Source: Spirochaetaceae bacterium
GTDB lineage: Bacteria > Spirochaetota > Spirochaetia > SZUA-6 > Bin103
DNA: 64,000 nt
Direction of reading: 5' to 3'
Assembly (NCBI GenBank): GCA_028821475.1
Contig: JAPPGB010000047.1
Location: 1,136-65,135, forward strand
Under the pieces are notes generated by a model. That model was not told the DNA's origin. It worked only from the letters and a program-made list of their open reading frames with translations, and did not search any database. The position numbers and the translations under genes were made by a program. Below are positions 8,403 through 18,052 of this stretch, piece by piece (the stretch's first letter is position 1; each line of letters opens with the position of its first letter).

Positions 8403-11400
8403 ATTCATGAGACGCAGTTCCACCCGGCCGCGCGACTGGCACGGCCACAGGCCTCACCCCGCGGGAGCCGGCGGCGGGCGGCGACGAAGCAGGTCCCGCT
8501 CCTGGTCGCGGTGCTGCTTGCCGCCCTGGCACTGGCGCCGGCGGCGGCGCAGGACACGGAGTCCACGGTCGCCCTCCTGAGCAACGTCGGCCAGCCCCGG
8601 CGATCTTCGGTGAACTTCCAGAGCCCTGAACGGGCGCAGGGGTTCACGACCGGGCCTAACCTCAAGGGCTATGCCCTCGCGAACATCGAGGTCGGCTTCA
8701 ACGCGGTAGAGGGCGGCGGTTCCGTCACGGTGTCGTTGTGGTCCGACAGCGGCGGCAAACCGGGAACCAAGCTGTTCGACCTGACCAACCCCTCCGGGTT
8801 CTCCGGGGCCGGGATGCACCGGTTCGCGGCGCCATCGAACACGGTGCTTGCGCCAAGGACCTCCTACCACCTGCACATGGCTCACGCCGGCAGTGAAGCG
8901 GAGCGATTGGCGACGTCGATCAAGCTCGTCAGCTCTTCGTCGGGGGTAGACGCAGGCGGCGCACCGGGGTGGGGCTTCGACAAGTGGCATTCGAAGCGCT
9001 ATTCCCATTTCAGCTACACCGAGGGGTCAGGCAAGGTCATGATCAACGTCAATGGCAGCACGGTACCGCCGGACCCCGCGATTCAGCTTGTCAGCAACCT
9101 CCAACAGACCCCGCCGTCATCGTCGGTCAACCTCCGGGGGACCCCCGAGCAGGCGCAGGGGTTCACCACCGGTACGGCCGGCGACGGCTACGTCCTGGCG
9201 CACGTGGCGATCGACTTCGACGACGTACGGGGCGGCGACTCCGTGGTCGTGTCCCTGTGGTCCGACAGCGGCGGCAAACCCGGACGCAAGCTGTTCGGCC
9301 TGAGTAACCCCGCCGGGTTCTCGGGCAGAGCGGTGCACCGCTTCACCGCGCCACCGAACACGGTGCTCGCACCAGGCACTACCTACTACGTGCACGTCAC
9401 CCATTCCGGTGACGCTACGGCCGTGGACGGGACTGCCATCGACCGCGCCTCGTCCGGCGGGGAGGATGCCGGCGGCATGGCGGACTGGAGCATTGCGGAC
9501 CGACACCACTATCGAGCCCGTCCCAACTTCCAGTTCAGCAACGGGGCCAGCGTGCTGTTGATCAAGGTGAGTGGGTCGACCGCGCCGGCGGGCAGCCTGC
9601 TGACCCCGACGCTGAAGCTCAGTGCCGGGACCATCGGCGAGGACGGCGGCGAGACGACGGTAACGGCGGTGTTGAGCCGCACCTCCAGCGTCGACACCAC
9701 GATCACCGTAAGCGCAACGCCGGTATCACCGGCAACCGACGACGACTTCACGCAAAGCGGCACGACGCTGACGATCCCGGCGGGGAGTACGACCAGCACC
9801 GGCACGGTAACCATCGCCGCGGTAAACAACGACGTCGACGCGGACGACAAGGAGGTGACGGTGTCGGCCACGGCGAGCGGCGTAGGCGTGGCGGCGCCGG
9901 CGGATCGGACGCTGACGATCACCGACGACGACACCCGTGGCGTGACGGTATCGGAGAGCACGCTGGCGTTCGGGGAAGGCGGCAGCGCGACCTACACGGT
10001 GGTGCTGGACTCGCAGCCGACGGCGGACGTGACGATCGGCGTGGCGTTCGCGCCGGGGACGGACGCGGACCTGACCGTGGACGAGGCGACGCTGACCTTC
10101 ACGGCCGGCGACTGGCGCGACGCGCAGACGGTGGAGGTACGGGCAGCGGAGGACGCGGACGACGTGCAGGACGTGGGGACGGTGCAGCACACGGTAAGCG
10201 GCGGGGACTACGGCGCCAACAGCGTGGCCGCGGCGGACGTTTCGGTCGAGGTTACCGACGACGAATCGCCGTCCACCACGGTGGTGCTGGCGGTGCAGCC
10301 GGAGGCGGTGGCCGAGGACGTGGGCGCCGGCGGCCGGGAGGTGACCGTGACCGCGACGCTGAACGCCGCGCCCCGCGCGACCGCCACCGAGGTGACGGTC
10401 TCCGTCGCTCCGGAGACGGCCACGGCCGCGGACTACGCGGCGGTGGCGGACTTCACGCTGACCATCGACGCGCAAGCGACGAGCGCGACCGGGTCGTTCA
10501 CGCTGCAGCCGGTGGACGACAGGTTGTCGGAGGGTGGCGAGACGGTCGCGGTGAGCGGCACGGCGGACTTGGCGGTGACCGGTACGACGGTGGCGATCAC
10601 CGACGATGAGGCCCCCCCGACGGTGACCCTGACGCTTGGTGCGCCGTCGATCAGCGAGCGCGGCGGCGAGACGACGGTGACGGCAACCCTCGACCACGGC
10701 TCCGCTGCCGAGACCACGGTCACGGTGACCGTGACGCCGGTGGCGCCGGCGGCGGGCGGCGACTACACGCTGAACGGCAGCACCCTGACGATCGCCGCGG
10801 GCAGCACGACCAGCACCGGCACGGTGACCATCGCGGCGGTGGACAACGCCGTGAACGCGGCGGACAAGCAGGTGACGGTGTCGGCGACCGCCACCAACAG
10901 CGTCGGCGTGACGGCCCCGGCGGACCGGACGCTGACGATCGCCGACGACGAAGTGAGCGCAGCCAAAGTGAATCCGGCGGGCGGGACCGAGCGCAATGAC
11001 CCGCCGCCTCCGCCACCCCCACCGCCACCGCCACCGCCGCGGGTGAGCATCGCGGATGCGAGCGCGCGTGAGGGCAGCGGCGTCATGGCGTTCACCGTGC
11101 GGCTCGGCGCGGCGACCGAGCAGCCGGTGACGGTGGCGTGGATGACCGCCGACGGCACGGCGGCGGCGGCCGCCGATTACACCGCGGTTACCGCCGGCAC
11201 CGTGACCTTCGCACCCGGACAGACCCGGCAGACGATCCGGGTAGATGTCCTGGACGACCGGCTGGACGAGTCGGACGAGACCTTCCTGGTACGGCTGAGC
11301 GACCCGGTGCACGCGCGGATAGAGTCCCCCGGCGGCGCCGCCACCGGGACGATCGTCGACGACGACGAGACCCCGGCGCTGACGATCGCCGATGCGCGCG

Positions 11401-13127
11401 CGGTCGAGAGCAGCGGCGAGATCGCGTTTCTGGTAACGCTGGAGGCGGCCAGCGGGCGGCCGGTGAGCGTTGCGTGCAGCACCGCGGACCAAACGGCGAC
11501 GGTGGACGAGGACTACCTCGGCGAGCGCGGCGTGCTGACTTTCGCGCCCGGGGAGACGCAGCGGACGATCCGCATCGTGGTGCTGGACGACAACCGGCAG
11601 GAGAAGGACGAGACATTCATGCTCGACCTGAGCGAACCGACCAACGCACGGATGGCGGCGGATGTGCTACGGGCCACCGGGACCATTGCGGATGACGACC
11701 GGCAGGTGACGGCGGCATGGCTGGCGCGCTTCGGGCGCACGGCAGCCAGTGAGGTGCTGGACTCGATAGTGGCGAGGATGGAAGGCGGCGCCGGCGCCGG
11801 CTCGTACATGACCCTTGCCGGCCAGCGTCTGCACGCCGTGCAGCCAGCGGCGGAGGGGGCGGATCAGCCGGCCCCGGTTGCCGTCGCCCACCGCACCATC
11901 AGCGACCGGGAGCTGCTGGCCGGGAGCGGGTTTCAGTTGGAGATTGCCCGGAGCGCGGCGCCGGAGGTCACCGCCGTGCCGCCGGGCGACGCCGCGGGCG
12001 CCCGCTGGACGGCCTGGGGCCGCGGCGCCACGACCTTCTTCGAGGGCCGGGATGCAGGGCTGTCGATGCAGGGCGAGGTGCTGACCGGCTCGTTCGGAAT
12101 CGACCGCGAGCACGGCGGGGTGCTGGCCGGCCTGGCGGTGGCGCACAGTGGCGGTGCCGGCGGCTACGCGGTGCCGGGCGGCGCCGCGGCGCCGGGCGGC
12201 GACGGTCGCCCGGCACGCGAAGGTGATCTGCGGGCAGCGTTGACCAGCGTGCACCCGTACGGACGACTGTCGCTGAACGAGCGCGTGCAGGTGTGGGGCG
12301 TGCTTGGCTACGGGATCGGCACGCTGGAACTGCGCGAAGCGAACCAGGCTGAGCGGGCCGGCATCGGCATGCTGCTGGGGGCATTCGGGGGGCGTGCGGA
12401 GCTGATGAACGGCGAGTGGAGCGGTGTCCGCCTTGCGCTGAAGACGGATGGCTACCTGTTGCGTATGACCTCGGAAGCGACCGCGGAGCTGCCGGCGGTA
12501 GCGGCGCACGTGAGCCGGCTGCGGTTGTCGGCGGAGGGCTCTACCGCCCTGGACGTCGGAGCGCGCCGCGTGCTGATGCCCTCCCTGGAGATAGGCGTAC
12601 GCCACGACGGTGGTGACGCGGAGACCGGGGCGGGTCTGGAGACGGCCGCCGCGCTGCGCTGGTTCGACCCCGCGTGGGGGCTGACGCTGGCGGCCAGCGG
12701 GCGGGTGCTGCTGACGCACCAGGATCGCGGCTACCGGGAATGGGGAGCCGGTGGTTCGCTGCATCTCGACCCGGGCGCCGCGGGGCGCGGCCCGGCGCTG
12801 ACCGTGAACTCCTCCTACGGCGCGCCCGGCGGCGCGGGAGTGCTCTGGTCGCTGCGCGACGCGACCGGCCTGGCTGCTAGCAACAGCGCCGGGGCGCCGG
12901 CGGGCCGCGTGGCCGCGCAACTGGGATACGGCCTGGAGCTGCCCGGAGGCGGCAGCGTGGTACCCTACGCCGGCGCCGAGTTGACCGAACGCGACCGCCG
13001 CACGTGGCGGCTGGGCAGCCGTTTCAGCCCGGGTGCGTTCGACGTGGCCGCCGAGGTTACCCGCCGGGACGCCGCCGGCACCGCTCCGATGCACAGCCTC
13101 ACCCTCAACGCGTCGGTGCGGCTGTAG
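8394..13127 (+). CDS. Giant secreted multi-repeat surface protein: signal peptide, 2 tandem novel ~140-aa domains, Ig-like repeats, poly-Pro linker, 2 Calx-beta domains, autotransporter-like C-terminal barrel
   Basis: Cleavable signal peptide (VPLLVAVLLAALALAPAAAQ). Two tandem repeats (VNFQSPERAQGFTTG...VSLWSDSGGKPGTKLF...NTVLAP vs VNLRGTPEQAQGFTTG...VSLWSDSGGKPGRKLF...). Repeated TLTIxAGSTTSTGTVTIAAV modules. P13 run at about 10990-11040. Two Calx-beta domains (DY..TFAPGQTRQTIRVDVLDD..DETF...ATGTI(V/A)DDD). The C-terminal about 470 aa have an alternating pattern reminiscent of type Va autotransporter barrels. Confidence 0.75.
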   Translation: MSDIHETQFHPAARLARPQASPRGSRRRAATKQVPLLVAVLLAALALAPAAAQDTESTVALLSNVGQPRRSSVNFQSPERAQGFTTGPNLKGYALANIEVGFNAVEGGGSVTVSLWSDSGGKPGTKLFDLTNPSGFSGAGMHRFAAPSNTVLAPRTSYHLHMAHAGSEAERLATSIKLVSSSSGVDAGGAPGWGFDKWHSKRYSHFSYTEGSGKVMINVNGSTVPPDPAIQLVSNLQQTPPSSSVNLRGTPEQAQGFTTGTAGDGYVLAHVAIDFDDVRGGDSVVVSLWSDSGGKPGRKLFGLSNPAGFSGRAVHRFTAPPNTVLAPGTTYYVHVTHSGDATAVDGTAIDRASSGGEDAGGMADWSIADRHHYRARPNFQFSNGASVLLIKVSGSTAPAGSLLTPTLKLSAGTIGEDGGETTVTAVLSRTSSVDTTITVSATPVSPATDDDFTQSGTTLTIPAGSTTSTGTVTIAAVNNDVDADDKEVTVSATASGVGVAAPADRTLTITDDDTRGVTVSESTLAFGEGGSATYTVVLDSQPTADVTIGVAFAPGTDADLTVDEATLTFTAGDWRDAQTVEVRAAEDADDVQDVGTVQHTVSGGDYGANSVAAADVSVEVTDDESPSTTVVLAVQPEAVAEDVGAGGREVTVTATLNAAPRATATEVTVSVAPETATAADYAAVADFTLTIDAQATSATGSFTLQPVDDRLSEGGETVAVSGTADLAVTGTTVAITDDEAPPTVTLTLGAPSISERGGETTVTATLDHGSAAETTVTVTVTPVAPAAGGDYTLNGSTLTIAAGSTTSTGTVTIAAVDNAVNAADKQVTVSATATNSVGVTAPADRTLTIADDEVSAAKVNPAGGTERNDPPPPPPPPPPPPPRVSIADASAREGSGVMAFTVRLGAATEQPVTVAWMTADGTAAAAADYTAVTAGTVTFAPGQTRQTIRVDVLDDRLDESDETFLVRLSDPVHARIESPGGAATGTIVDDDETPALTIADARAVESSGEIAFLVTLEAASGRPVSVACSTADQTATVDEDYLGERGVLTFAPGETQRTIRIVVLDDNRQEKDETFMLDLSEPTNARMAADVLRATGTIADDDRQVTAAWLARFGRTAASEVLDSIVARMEGGAGAGSYMTLAGQRLHAVQPAAEGADQPAPVAVAHRTISDRELLAGSGFQLEIARSAAPEVTAVPPGDAAGARWTAWGRGATTFFEGRDAGLSMQGEVLTGSFGIDREHGGVLAGLAVAHSGGAGGYAVPGGAAAPGGDGRPAREGDLRAALTSVHPYGRLSLNERVQVWGVLGYGIGTLELREANQAERAGIGMLLGAFGGRAELMNGEWSGVRLALKTDGYLLRMTSEATAELPAVAAHVSRLRLSAEGSTALDVGARRVLMPSLEIGVRHDGGDAETGAGLETAAALRWFDPAWGLTLAASGRVLLTHQDRGYREWGAGGSLHLDPGAAGRGPALTVNSSYGAPGGAGVLWSLRDATGLAASNSAGAPAGRVAAQLGYGLELPGGGSVVPYAGAELTERDRRTWRLGSRFSPGAFDVAAEVTRRDAAGTAPMHSLTLNASVRL

Positions 13128-13143
13128 GGCAACGCAAGTGCAC

Positions 13144-15063
13144 TCACTGCATCACGCCGTGCTTCTTCAACTTTCGGTACAGGGTGGCACGGCTTATGCC
13201 CAACGCTTCCGCCGCCTGCTTCACGTTGTGGCCCGCCGCCTGCAGCGCGTGCGACAGCGCCAGCCGCTCCGCCTCCTCGAGCGCCATGGCGGCGCCCGGC
13301 ACGGCGGCGCCCGGCGCCGCACGCACGTGACCGCCGCCGACAGCGGCGATCGGCGACAGCGGCGGCGGCAGGCTGCCGGCCTGCAGCACCTCGGTCTGCT
13401 CCATCCGCACGGCACGCCCCATGGCGTCCTCCAACTCGCGCACGTTGCCCGGCCAGTCGTACTGCAGCAGCAGACGCATCGCCGAGTAGGAGATGCCGGT
13501 GATCGACTTGCCGGCGCGCGCCGCGTGCCGCTCCAGGAGGTGGCGCGCGAGCACCGGCACGTCCTCCTTCCGCTCGCGCAGCGGCGGGATCACGATCGGG
13601 AACGCGGCCAGGCGGTACAGCAGGTCTTCGCGGAACTCGCCCGCCATGACCGCCCGCTCAAGGTCCTTGCTGGTCGCCGTGATCACCCGGACGTCGACAC
13701 GGATCAAGGCGTCGCCGCCGACCCGCCGGATGGTGCGCTCCAGCAATACCCGCAACAGCTCGCGCTGTACGGTGTACGGCACCGCCTCGATCCGGTCGAG
13801 CAGTACCGTGCCGCCGTCGGCACGCTCGAACGCGCCGACGCGCTGCGCGGTCGCTCCCGCCGGGGTGCCGCGCTCACCCCCGAACAGCTCGCTCTCGATG
13901 AACGCCTCCGGGGTGGCACCGCAGTCCACGACCACGAACGGTCCCTCTTTGCGCAGACTGTTGCGATGAAAAGACCGGGACACCAGCTCCGTTCCGGTAC
14001 CGGGCTCGCCACGCACCAGGACCGTGACGTCGGCCTCGGCCGCCTGCTGCATCAGCGCGTACACCTGCCGCATGCGCGGGCTCGCGCCCGCCATGCCGGC
14101 GAACGAGTGGCCGGTCTCCGGGGTGCCGCGCAGGTGCAACACGTCGGCCTTCCTCCGGTCGGCCTCGATCTCCAGGGCTACGTCCCGGTACACCTCGAGC
14201 CGGCCGATCTCCTCGCCGGCGCCATCGTGCACCGGCACCGAGGAGCGATGGAACAGCCGCTGCTTCGGCACCGGTCCGGGGCCGGTGTCGGCAGCATCCG
14301 CCACGTCGCTGCTGTCGATCAGGAAGCGGGCCTCCACGTCGCTCGGGTCCGGCTCCCGGAGGCGCTCGTCGACGAGTGCCGTGAGCACGTCCGGCGCTAT
14401 CTGTTGCATCTCGGCGTCCCCCAGTCCCAGGATCCTCTTGTAGGCGCGATTGGCGAATACCCGGCGTCCGGCGCCGTCGAGCAGGGCGATGGCGTCGCCG
14501 GTGGCGTCGAGCAGCGCTTCCAGGCGGCGATAGCGGCCGACGAGCTCGCGCTGTTCTTCCGCCAGGTCCCGCTCGGCGTTCCACTTGCCGACCAGGGACA
14601 GGGTGGTCTGCTGGATCTCCTCGTGCACGAACGGCTTTCTGATGTAGAGCAGCTTGTGCAGCGCATCCAGGTCGCGGACGATCTCCGGCAGCGACCGGTC
14701 GGAGTAGGCAGTCATCACCACGATTTCGACGTCGCGATCGATCTTGCGCACGCGGCGGATTGTCTCTACCCCGTCGATGCCGGGCGGCATGCGAACGTCG
14801 ATGTAGGCCACGGCGATGGGACGGTTCGCTTCCTTGCTCCCGCTGACGATCGAGCACGCTTGCTCCCCAGTGTTCGCGTGCAGCAGTTCCAGCTTGGGCA
14901 GGAACGGCGCCTCCGCTTCCATGTCCGCGTTCGTGTCTGCCACCACGTCGAAGTCCGGCGTGACCGACGCGGGCTGCAACATCTCCGCGAAGTCCTCGTG
15001 GATCGTGTCCTGATCGTCGACGATCAGGACGCGGGTGTTATAGTGCGGCAACCCCGGCGTCAT
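13144..15063 (-). CDS. Sigma-54-dependent Fis-family transcriptional activator (receiver-PAS-AAA+-HTH)
   Basis: ATG at 15063 is preceded by AAGGAGG. The receiver is RVLIVDDQD...IDVRMPPGIDG. The AAA+ sigma-54 interaction domain has GEPGTGTE and a GAFERADGGTVLLD-type motif. HTH_8 lies at the C-terminus. Confidence 0.8.
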   Translation of the reverse strand: MTPGLPHYNTRVLIVDDQDTIHEDFAEMLQPASVTPDFDVVADTNADMEAEAPFLPKLELLHANTGEQACSIVSGSKEANRPIAVAYIDVRMPPGIDGVETIRRVRKIDRDVEIVVMTAYSDRSLPEIVRDLDALHKLLYIRKPFVHEEIQQTTLSLVGKWNAERDLAEEQRELVGRYRRLEALLDATGDAIALLDGAGRRVFANRAYKRILGLGDAEMQQIAPDVLTALVDERLREPDPSDVEARFLIDSSDVADAADTGPGPVPKQRLFHRSSVPVHDGAGEEIGRLEVYRDVALEIEADRRKADVLHLRGTPETGHSFAGMAGASPRMRQVYALMQQAAEADVTVLVRGEPGTGTELVSRSFHRNSLRKEGPFVVVDCGATPEAFIESELFGGERGTPAGATAQRVGAFERADGGTVLLDRIEAVPYTVQRELLRVLLERTIRRVGGDALIRVDVRVITATSKDLERAVMAGEFREDLLYRLAAFPIVIPPLRERKEDVPVLARHLLERHAARAGKSITGISYSAMRLLLQYDWPGNVRELEDAMGRAVRMEQTEVLQAGSLPPPLSPIAAVGGGHVRAAPGAAVPGAAMALEEAERLALSHALQAAGHNVKQAAEALGISRATLYRKLKKHGVMQ

Positions 15064-15234
15064 GCGAGTCCGCCTCCTTGCCTGCTGCGCCAAAACAGTG
15101 CTCTTCCGGACATATCATCCAAAATGAACGGCACGTCTCGAACGGGAGTTGAGCGCGTGTGCGGCAATCACCGGCGGATCGGAGGGCGCCCACGGCCCGC
15201 CCCGCCATATGGGGCGCCGCCACCCGCCGAGCGG

Positions 15235-16359
15235 TTACTCCTGCGCCAGCCAGGTGGCGTAGGGGTTGTCGCGGTTGGCGAGCGGGAAGGGCACGCGGGT
15301 GCCGAGGCGGTTGGACTCGTGCACGGCCATGATCATCTCCAGCGCGGCGCGCGAGTCGGCGCCGGAGGACACCTCGCGGACGTCGCGGTCCTCGTCGATG
15401 GCGGCCAGGAGCTCGTTCACGATCATCAGGTTGCTCGCCAGGCCGCTGTTCTGCCGCTCCCACTCGGGAATGCGGATGCGTTCCCACGGGCGGGTGTCGG
15501 TGTCCGGGATCCACAGGTCGTGACGGTGCAGGTACAGCTCGCCGCCCGGCGAATTGCGCACCGAGACGATGCCCCTGGTGCCGTACACTTCGAAGCCGAG
15601 GTGGCGGTTGTGGTCGTGGGCGTCGTCCGGGAAGCCCTGGAACGACTCGTAGTGGGCGGTGATGCCGTTCTCGAACACGTAGTAGGCGGCCACCCGGTTG
15701 CCGGCCAGCAGGCCGACGCCCTCGTCGCCTTCCTTGATGTCGTCGGTGGTGACCGGGCGCCCGTCCTGGGTCACGTGGCCGTGCGCCCAGGCGACGTCGC
15801 TGCCGGCCACGTAGCGGATGCCGTCCAGGATGTGGGTGCCGAGGATCATCAGGTCCAGCGATCCGGCGCGGTGGTCGCCCTTGCCGTGGCCGCGCATCAC
15901 CTGGATGTCGCCGATCTCGCCCGAGTCGACGATCTGCTTGAGGCGCTGCTCGTGGGCCGCGGCGCGCCGGTGCGCCACCACCACCCGCACGCCGTTCCGG
16001 TCGCACGCCTCCATCATGGCGTCGGCGTCGGCGAGGGTGGCCGCGAACGGCTTCTCGCAGAAGATGCCCTTGACGCCAGCCTCCGCGGCCGCGACCACCA
16101 TGTCGCGGCGCTGGTCGGTCCAGCGCGGGCTCACCGCCACCACGTCGAGTTGCTCGCGGGCGAACATGTCGCGGTAGTCGCGGTAATGGTTGTCGGTGCC
16201 GAACCGGCTCGCCGCCTCGGCGCCGCCGGCCCGGTCCGCGTCCGCGACCGCCACCACCGGGGTGCGGTCCAGGGCGGCGAAGGCGTCTCCGAGGCCATGG
16301 CCGTAGTTGCCGCGGCCGGTGGCGCCGATCACCCCGGCGCGCAGCGTTGCATCACTCAT
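15235..16359 (-). CDS. Gfo/Idh/MocA family NAD(P)-dependent oxidoreductase
   Basis: Rossmann N-terminus LRAGVIGATGRGNYGHG and the EKP motif (IFCEKPFA). Start placed at the ATG at 16359; the ORF track extends upstream, probably spuriously. Confidence 0.8.
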   Translation of the reverse strand: MSDATLRAGVIGATGRGNYGHGLGDAFAALDRTPVVAVADADRAGGAEAASRFGTDNHYRDYRDMFAREQLDVVAVSPRWTDQRRDMVVAAAEAGVKGIFCEKPFAATLADADAMMEACDRNGVRVVVAHRRAAAHEQRLKQIVDSGEIGDIQVMRGHGKGDHRAGSLDLMILGTHILDGIRYVAGSDVAWAHGHVTQDGRPVTTDDIKEGDEGVGLLAGNRVAAYYVFENGITAHYESFQGFPDDAHDHNRHLGFEVYGTRGIVSVRNSPGGELYLHRHDLWIPDTDTRPWERIRIPEWERQNSGLASNLMIVNELLAAIDEDRDVREVSSGADSRAALEMIMAVHESNRLGTRVPFPLANRDNPYATWLAQE

Positions 16360-16496
16360 GTCGCGGCAGAGGGTAGCCGGCCCGCGTGCGTGTGTACACG
16401 CCTCCACCGATACGGCAGGCCGGTCGCCTTCGGGTTGGGCCAGTGGCTGCCATCCCTGGCGGGCGCCCGAGCCTGATGAGCCTGATGCGGAACCGT

Positions 16497-16526
16497 TGAC
16501 CGGGAGTGGGCGCCGACCTATGCTCG
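16497..16526 (+). promoter_or_regulatory. Candidate sigma-70 promoter (TTGACC-N17-TATGCT) upstream of the PhyH gene
   Basis: Hexamers read directly in the divergent intergenic region between the oxidoreductase and the PhyH gene. Confidence 0.3.
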
Positions 16527-16663
16527 TGGGGCAAGATCCGCGGGCCCGGTACCCCCGGGACGCCCGAGGCGGCGAAACCGATGCGCACGGGGCGCGTCGG
16601 CTGACCACCGTGGCCGTCCGGCGGGATTCGATAGCAGGGCGCCGCGGACGGGAGATTCCGGGT

Positions 16664-17869
16664 ATGAGTGCAGCCTTCACCCCATCCTTGAGCCGGCAGC
16701 AGCTTGCCGACTTTCACGACGACGGCTACCTGATCGTGCGCGACGCCCTGTCCGCCAAGGAGGCCGCCGACCTGCGCGGCGTGGTCCGGGAACAGGTGCA
16801 GCGTGAGGCCTATCCGCCGCGTCGTTCCTACCCGGAACCGGCCAAGTACACCGTCAGCGGCAACCGGATGGCGGAACCGGGATTGGCGGCGATTGCCGAG
16901 CATCCAACGGTGGTCGGGGCCGTGGAGTCGGCGCTCGGCGGCCCGGCGCACCTGACCGCGTCGGTCGCCTACCTGCGCACGCCGGGCGACAAGGGCGGCG
17001 GCGCCCACTCCGACTACAAGCGCTGGCGCCCGGTCGGCTCGTCCATGAACTGGGTGTTTGCCATCGTGCCGCTGAACGACTTCGATCCTTCGTTCGGTCC
17101 GTTCATGGTGTCGCCGGGGTCGCACAAGCTGCCGCGGGTCATCGACCCACGGGCGCACGTCCTGGACCTGACCGCTCCCGACCGGGAGCAACTGCCGCCG
17201 TTCATCGATCCGGAGTTGAAGGCCGGCGACCTGCTGGTGGTCAACGAGCATGTCTGGCACCAGGCTCCCGCCGGCACCACCAGTGAGGACCGCTGCGGCA
17301 TCTTCAACAAGTACTGCGCCGCCGACGCGCCGCCCGCGGCGGGCTACTACCCGTACAACCGGGCCGCCTTGGAGGCCCTGAGCGACGCCGGCAAGCGCCT
17401 GCTGCCGGTCTGTTTCGACCGCCCGCTCACCACCACCCGGCTGCTGATCGAGTGCCCCACCGGTTTCGACTCCAGATTCCTGTTGTGCCGCGAGGCAGAT
17501 TCGGATGCGTGGGAACTGCCCGGCGGCGAAGGCTGGGAAGAGAAATCGTCCGGCTGGGACGTCGGCTCACGGATCGGCTCGCTGCAAGCGCTGGTGCACG
17601 CCCAGCTTGGGTTGGACGTGCCCTGGATGTCCTACATCGAAGACTGGGTCGAGGAGGACGGCGTGTGCCGGGTATACGGTTATGCCGCCGACAAGGTGAA
17701 AGTCGATGCACTGGCGAACGGCACCTGCGACTGGTTTACGCCCGGCGAAATGCGCTACAATTTGGGCGACGCTCACCCGATATGCTGCGCGCTCGATGCC
17801 TGGGAGCGGACCGACATCGTCCGCGGCAAGGGCAAGGCGTGCAGCCAGAGCAAGCATCAATTCGAATAG
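16664..17869 (+). CDS. Phytanoyl-CoA dioxygenase (PhyH) family Fe(II)/2OG oxygenase fused to a C-terminal Nudix-like domain with degenerate Nudix box
   Basis: PhyH-like core: HSDYKRW...NWVFAIVPL...FMVSPGSHKL...HVWHQA. The C-terminal 150 aa (RFLLCREADSDAWELPGGEGWEE...) have Nudix-fold architecture but lack REx2EE. Confidence 0.7.
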   Translation: MSAAFTPSLSRQQLADFHDDGYLIVRDALSAKEAADLRGVVREQVQREAYPPRRSYPEPAKYTVSGNRMAEPGLAAIAEHPTVVGAVESALGGPAHLTASVAYLRTPGDKGGGAHSDYKRWRPVGSSMNWVFAIVPLNDFDPSFGPFMVSPGSHKLPRVIDPRAHVLDLTAPDREQLPPFIDPELKAGDLLVVNEHVWHQAPAGTTSEDRCGIFNKYCAADAPPAAGYYPYNRAALEALSDAGKRLLPVCFDRPLTTTRLLIECPTGFDSRFLLCREADSDAWELPGGEGWEEKSSGWDVGSRIGSLQALVHAQLGLDVPWMSYIEDWVEEDGVCRVYGYAADKVKVDALANGTCDWFTPGEMRYNLGDAHPICCALDAWERTDIVRGKGKACSQSKHQFE

Positions 17870-18052
17870 CGCCTGGTCGAATGATATCCTCATCGGCGTG
17901 GCCGGCCACCTGCGGGACCAGTGTCGCGAACCCCGTGCCCAGCGTCATGCGCTATGAGCGTCCGGACCGCCCGGCAAGGGTCGAGTGGCCGCATCACGGC
18001 TGATGGTGGCAAGTGGCGATGACCGTCATTGGTCGGTATATTGTGGTGGCAC

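Noticed and set aside
10990-11040. Pro13 run as a sequencing or assembly artefact, or a simple repeat.
   Set aside because: It is in frame within the giant ORF, between two Ig-like and Calx-beta blocks. It is a plausible rigid poly-Pro linker.
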